Source of the DNA: the human T2T-CHM13v2.0 reference genome, Homo sapiens
Assembly (NCBI RefSeq): GCF_009914755.1
Contig: NC_060925.1
Strand: one strand, 5' to 3'
DNA length: 64,000 nucleotides
Shown here: positions 54,609-64,000 of the stretch, in pieces
How the letters are laid out: every line of letters begins with the position of its first letter
How positions within the stretch are numbered: position 1 is the first letter of the stretch
The notes under the pieces: model-generated
The model's input: only the letters and a program-made list of their open reading frames with translations
Told to the model about the DNA's origin: nothing
Database searches by the model: none
Program-made: the position numbers and the translations under genes

Positions 54609-55349
54609 TCTGATGAATCAATATTTTGAAAGAGTTATTTTTGAATTAATCTAAACTATAAAGCAATTCCTATCAAAAATATAAACAAAGTTTTTTGAAG
54701 ATTTTTGAAATTTGAATGAAATGATGCTAAAATTTATATGACAAAATAAACATGTAGGAAAATATTTGAAAAGAGAAGAATCATGAGGTGGGTTGAGTAC
54801 ATCAGATAAAGTGTTGCTTTAAAGTATCTGAACTTTCTTTCTGACCACAAATAAACAAAAAAGATCAATGAGATAGATGAACAAATCCATAAATAATCTG
54901 GAGTAATTATCTGAGTTTAATAATAAAATGATAAAAGTCACATTTTTAATAAATGAGAAAAATATAAATTATTAAATAAATAATGTTGGTAATACTGATT
55001 GAACATTTGAAAAACATAAACCTGGATTTTACCCTTCCTTCTTCTCTATTAAGATGTGAATAAAAGAAATCCCAAAATAATAAGCAAGAACATGAATAAT
55101 ACTAATCCAAACATAAACTTGGTATAGGAAATGCCTTTCTAAACTTATTTCAAAGTCCTCAAGCCAAAAGAAAAAGATTAATATCTACATTTTAATCTTA
55201 ACATTTTCAATTTCTATCAATTTTAACACTCTGCCGTGAAAAAAGGTCAAATAGAAGACAAGCACATATTGGGAAAAAATATTTGCAACAAATACGACAA
55301 GGCACCTTAATATAAAAAAAATTCTTCCAAATAAGTAAATAAAAGGTAA

Positions 55350-55658
55350 GGCTGAGCATGGTGGCTCAAACCTGTAATCCCAGCACTTTGAGAGGCTGAG
55401 GCTGGAGCTTTCCTTGAGGCCAGGAGTTTGAAACCAGCCTGGTCAACATAGCCAGACCCTATGGCCTCTACAAAAGAAAAATTCAAAAATTAACTGGGAG
55501 TGGTGGCATGTACCTGTAGTCTGAGGTACTGGAGAGGCTGAAGCAGGAGGACTGTTTGAGCTTCGAAGTCTGAAGCTACAGTGAGCCATGATTGCACCAT
55601 TGCACTCTATCTGGGTGGCAGAGTGAAACCCTGTCTCCAAAACAAAAACAGAAACAAA
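55350..55658 (+). mobile_element. AluJ-like, within old sense L1M fragments (~53950-56050)
   Basis: Diverged Alu (GGAGGACTG, GCTACAGTGAGCCATGATTG). Flanks resemble L1 ORF2 3' sequence. Confidence 0.82.
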
Positions 55659-56051
55659 GATATATAACCCAATAGAAAAAAAGTGGGCAAAGGAGTTTAT
55701 GGAAAAAATATGAGTGCGCAATTCACACCTGAAAAGATACTTAACCATATTAATATTTTAAAATACATAAACTGAAGAACAAAGTGTATTTTTTTATCCA
55801 ATTAAGAATATTAAAAGGTTATGTAAGCCCAAAGCTGAAGGGAACTATGCAGGTCTATATATTGTTGATAGAATAAATTATTACAAACCTTTTGTAGGAA
55901 ATTTATCAACATCTATCCAAATTATTGCTGAGCATACTCTTTGACCCCCAAATTGAAATTTATCTTACCCATATGCCTGCAAAAGTGTTCAAAGATATGT
56001 CTACAGGAATTTCATCATTTTGCTGTAGCATTGCTTTGCTTTTTAAGATAG

Positions 56052-56460
56052 TGTTATGGGCTGAGCAGTCTTTTCCTAAAATTTGTATGTGAAAACCCTC
56101 ACTCTCCGCACCTGAAAATGTGACTGTATGTGGAAATAAAGCTTTTAAAGAGGTTGTTAAATTAAGATGAGACTGTTAGTGTGGGTCCTTATCCAATCCA
56201 ACTGGTGTCCTTGTAAAGAAGAGGAGATTAAGACACTGGAGGCACACCAAGGATGTGAGCAAACAGAGAAAATCAATGTGAGGGCTTAGAAATAAGGCAG
56301 CCAACTGCAAGCCAAGGAGAGAGGTCTCAGAAGAAACTCAACCTGCTGACATCTTGACCTTGGACTATTAGCCTCCAGAACTGTGAGAAAATAAATTTCT
56401 GCTGTTTAAGCCACCCAGACTGAGGTATTTTGTTATGGCAGCCTGAGCAAATTAATATAA
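56052..56460 (+). mobile_element. MLT1A/B LTR
   Basis: TGTTATGGGCTGA ... GCCTCCAGAACTGTGAGAAAATAAATTTCTG ... TTTGTTATGGCAGCC. Confidence 0.85.
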
Positions 56461-57977
56461 ACACTGAAAGTGAAATATTCTCAATGGCTATAAATGGAAG
56501 AAAATGTTACCAGAGGTTACGTCCGTGGTTACAGAGAAGGAAAAGATAGAAGGTAGGGAAATTTGATGTTTTAATTTATGCTTTCTTATTTTGTTTATTT
56601 TAAAATTTTGAACCTTATTGCTGCTGTAATAAAATAAACCAGCTAATTTTAAAAAGTGATAGAGAATTTGCGTCAACTTATAAAGTCCCAGAAATATGCC
56701 CAGAAATCTCCTTTGAGACCTACAAAGCTTCTATTGATTTATTTATCTTTGATTTGTCATTTTTTATGATGTAGGTTTAAAAATAAATTATTTATTTAAA
56801 CTCTTTTGTTTGGTTCAGTTGCTGGTGATTCAGCAATTTTCTATTGTTCTTCTTTCATAATCTTTGGGTTTATTTCATCTTCCTTCCAAAACTTAAGAAA
56901 CCATGATTTCGTCACTCAAGGATCACATTGGGACATCGGAAAAGTCCTCCAGGTGAAGTTGAGTTATTTATTTCTGAAGAAGACATCAACCAACCTACTG
57001 TAATATGAAACAAGTAATAACCATTCGGTTGTAATAGCTCTCTATTTTAATTACACTTTAGGCCAGAAGAGTTAGGGAAAAATATATAGTAGACAGCACT
57101 GTTATTGGGCAATGTTCCACTTTAAACACAAATCCACAGCCGTACTTCAAATCTTCTTAGATACATGATTCTCAGATAGTTAAGGGAATAGAAAAATAGT
57201 GGAGTCACTAATTACTTGGCCTTAGATGTTAGTATAACTCTAATGCCAACTCTTCCCCCCTTTATTTTAGGAGACTATTGTTGAAGTCAAAGTAACTATC
57301 TCATTTTGTTTAAAAATGTGAAAGTGTGAGTTATGTAATAAAGAGACAATGGGAAGTTTGATTAACACAGCTGCAAACTGTTAAGATATTCTTTAAGAAG
57401 AGAACACTTATGGAGTAGGAGTGGATGAGATGCAAGAACTGAATGACAGAAAATGTCCTTAAGCCTTGGCATCCTCACACCTTTTCATGCTTGGCTTGCA
57501 TTGGGTCTACAGGCTTCACTGATGTTATAATCCAATTGAATAAGCATTTCTCTTATGGGTTTCCTATGGATCCGGAGCTTCTGTTAGGTTCTGTGACGGT
57601 AACAAAAGAAGTGTATGACATATATGCCTTGAAGGACATTAGGAGACATGTAGCAACAGTAGCTTTTGGCGGCCTTAAGCAGAGGGAACGCCATCCTTAC
57701 TGAAGCCCTTGGTCTCAGGAGTAGGAATTACAGAGTAAAAGGACAAGAGAGGAAGGATCACAAGGGCTTGATGGAGATTTTCATCTCAAATATAAAATCC
57801 AAAAGGTTCTGAAAACCAAACTATCTTGGGGTTATTTATAATTTGTATTTATCCCACTGAATGCAGAGATATTCATATGTTTTACTGAAGAAATGTTAGT
57901 ATATTAATTTGAGTATTTTATAGCAACACTTCACCTACCTTCTCCCTCATGGGAAGAAATATATTTCCCTAACGTTG

Positions 57978-58438
57978 TAAGGGAGGAAACCACCTCTCAT
58001 ATTGTCTTATGCCCAATTTCTGCCTCCAAAGAAAGAAAAAGTAAAAACTAAAGGCAGAAATGAAATCTGCAAGCAGACAGCCTGGTGCCACACCCTGGGC
58101 CTGGTAGTTATAAATTGACCCCTGACCTAATTGGTTACGTTATCTATAGATTACAGACATTGTACAGAAAAGCACTGTGAAAATCCCTATCCTGTTTTGT
58201 TCCAATCTAATTACCGGTGCATGCAGCCCCCAGTCACATACCCCCTGCTTGCTCAATCAATCATGACCCTCTCACGCACACCCCCTTAGAGTTGTGAGCC
58301 CTTAAAAGGGACAGGAATTGCTCGCTTGGGGAGCTCAGCTCTTGAGACAGGAGTCTTGCTGATGCCCCTGGCCGAATAAACCCCTTCTTTCTTTAACTCG
58401 GTGTCTGAGGAGTTTTGCCTGCGGCTGGTCCTGCTACA
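57978..58438 (+). mobile_element. LTR2 solo LTR (HERV-E/Harlequin), inserted in an old MLT1 element (~57905-58731)
   Basis: Close match to the recalled LTR2 consensus (CTCATATTGTCTTATGCCCAATTTCTGCCTCCAAAG ... GTCCTGCTACA). TATA-like CTTAAAAG at 58301, AATAAA at 58375-58380. 4-bp flanks GTTG/GCTG. Confidence 0.88.
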
Positions 58439-58834
58439 GCTGGACTTAGTCATATGACTGGCTTTGGCCAATGGAATGTGAGGGGAGCTGATGAGAGCAG
58501 AGGCATTAAATGTGCTGATGAGATTTGAGTTTTTTGGGTCTTTGGCCTTCCCATTATTCACCATGAGAAGGCCTGCCCCAGGGAATCAGTGATCCTGAAA
58601 GAATGAGAAGAAATACAGAACAGCATCCCCACAGAGCTATGAAATAAGAAAAACATGGTTGCTTTTGTAAGCCATCGAGTTTTGGAGTGTTTTGTTATGA
58701 TGAATTATTGAGGTAATAGCTAGCTGATACAATGCTTTAGATTTTAAAATGCTACCTCAGACTCTGCTGGGGATGTTACATAATATACAGTATGTACACC
58801 ACATCTCCTTTGTAAACATGCTGTCTAAAATTTT

Positions 58835-61310
<2,476 letters not shown>

Positions 61311-61777
61311 CTTTCTAATTTAAAAAGTAATACCAATTTTAGTTGTAAGTGTGAGAATCAAAAATTTTTTTGAAGTAAAAAGAAAGCAATCAATTACAAT
61401 GTCACATTAAAAATATAAGTGAATATTTCAGTGCGTTATGGAAAAATATCAATAGAATAATGTGGCAGATTGGAGTAAACTTTATTCTTTATTCATTAAG
61501 TTATGCCTAAGCTTTGACAAGATAGTGGCTTAAAAATTATTGTTTTGATTCAATTATGATAGAAATGACTGAACTTTATGAATTTCTTTTCTTCATACTT
61601 TGGCTTCTATATGTCTATATGTCTGATGTCTATATGCACATAGGATAGGGAAGTAATTTCTGAATTTACTGGTTTCCCCATGCTGTCTTTTCTTCGTGTT
61701 GCTTAATGGAAAAAAAATTATCAGAGTCCAGGAAATGGGTAGTGTTTCTAATGTCTGGTTGAAAAAGCTGAGAAATC

Positions 61778-62118
<341 letters not shown>

Positions 62119-62230
62119 TCACTACCTTAAATGTTTCAAAAACCAAAACAGGAAACTAATATACCAATTCACAAATTATTTCTTCAAACACTTTTGAGTC
62201 AAGTGTATAATCAAAAGACACTATATATTA

Positions 62231-62981
<751 letters not shown>

Positions 62982-63162
62982 TCCATGCCCCATCTTTAAC
63001 ATTTTCTAGCTAGTAACCTTGACTGAGGAAGCCAGTCTTTTGGGGAGAAGTAAGTTGGTATCACTGAGGATATTACCACCTTGGGTGTGGGGGTTGGTTT
63101 CTGGAGGTGGGGAAAGAATTGATGCCAAATAGACAGTACTGTTGTTGGCAACATTACAAGTA

Positions 63163-63493
63163 CAGACAGTCCCTGACTTACATGGTTCCACTTACAATTT
63201 TTTGACTTTACAATGGCATGAAAGCAATACGCATACAGTGGAAACCCTATTTCAAATACCCATTCAGCAATTTGGTTTTTTCACTTTCAGTACAGTATAT
63301 AATAAATTACATGAGATATTGAACACTTTATTATAAAAAGGCTTTGTGTTAGATAATTTTGCCCAACTATAGGCTAATGTAAGTGTTCTGAGCACGTTTA
63401 AGGTAGGTTAGGCTAAGCTATGATGTATGATGGGTTGGATGTCTTAAATGCATTTTTGACTTAAAACATTTTTCATTTACAATGGGTTTATTG
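63163..63493 (-). mobile_element. MER47A (Tigger-family MITE), one end truncated
   Basis: TA|CAGACAGTCCCTGACTTAC start; GTAAGTGTTCTGAGCACGTTTAAGGTAGG matches the recalled MER47A consensus. Confidence 0.8.
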
Positions 63494-63851
63494 ATATTGC
63501 ATAGGTGTGCTTCACCTCTTCTGCAACGCGGTTCTTATTCTCTGTTGCTGGCCTCAGTTGCCCCCAAAGTTTCCTAACCATAGAATCACTCCAACTTTCA
63601 GTGACTAGGAATGGTTCTGCTGATCGACTTTTCTTTTCCCTTAGTCCTACAAATAAATATTGCTAGGTACCTGATCACTTTGGAAATAGACAAAAGAACC
63701 TTAAAAACCCCTCATAAGAAGATTTGCAAGAATAAACACAAATTATGAACAGTGGTCACTTCTGGGGAGAGGAAAATTTTCACTTTTTACCATTTTTGAA
63801 GTATTTGAATTTTAATGATTGCATATTAGTTTTCAATAAAAAACACAATGA

Positions 63852-64000
63852 GGCCCAGGTGCGGTGGCTAACACCTGTAATCCCAGCACTTTGGGAGGCC
63901 GAGGCAGGCGGATCATGAGGTCAAGAGATAGAGACAATCCTGGCTAACACGGTGAAACCCCGTCTCTACTAAAAATACAAAAAACTAGCCGGGCGTGGTG
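63852..64000 (+). mobile_element. Alu (Sc/Y-like), cut by the window end
   Basis: GGATCATGAGGTCAAGAGAT...CTGGCTAACACGG left arm and linker. Confidence 0.88.

Overview
This is primate, almost certainly human, genomic DNA at the WLS (Wntless/GPR177) locus, which I recall as chr1p31.3. The only true coding exon is WLS exon 1 on the minus strand (CDS 33719-33614, 106 nt, GTAAGT donor), lying in a CpG-island promoter. Positions 1-33613 are WLS intron 1, which probably also carries the 3'-terminal exon of the antisense lncRNA GNG12-AS1 (~3387-4410, +). The ~30 kb upstream is repeat-dense: about 19 Alus, L1s, MaLR LTRs, a solo HERV-E LTR2, Tigger MITEs, and a full-length RPS7 processed pseudogene with an almost intact ORF. 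I see no new multi-gene system. The best second-look items are genome-dynamics events readable in the sequence: (1) a ~195-bp templated copy of one Alu pasted into another Alu 5 kb away via microhomology; (2) an L1 3' transduction whose second poly(A) tail became a (TAGA)n microsatellite; (3) the open RPS7 retrocopy with TSD, 5'TOP and an extra 5' G; (4) a 160-codon ATG ORF ending in the poly(A) signal of the putative lncRNA last exon; (5) template-switch inverted-repeat clusters; (6) multi-level nested transposon insertions. Repeat subfamily names and locus identity come from recalled consensus sequences and annotation, not from searches.
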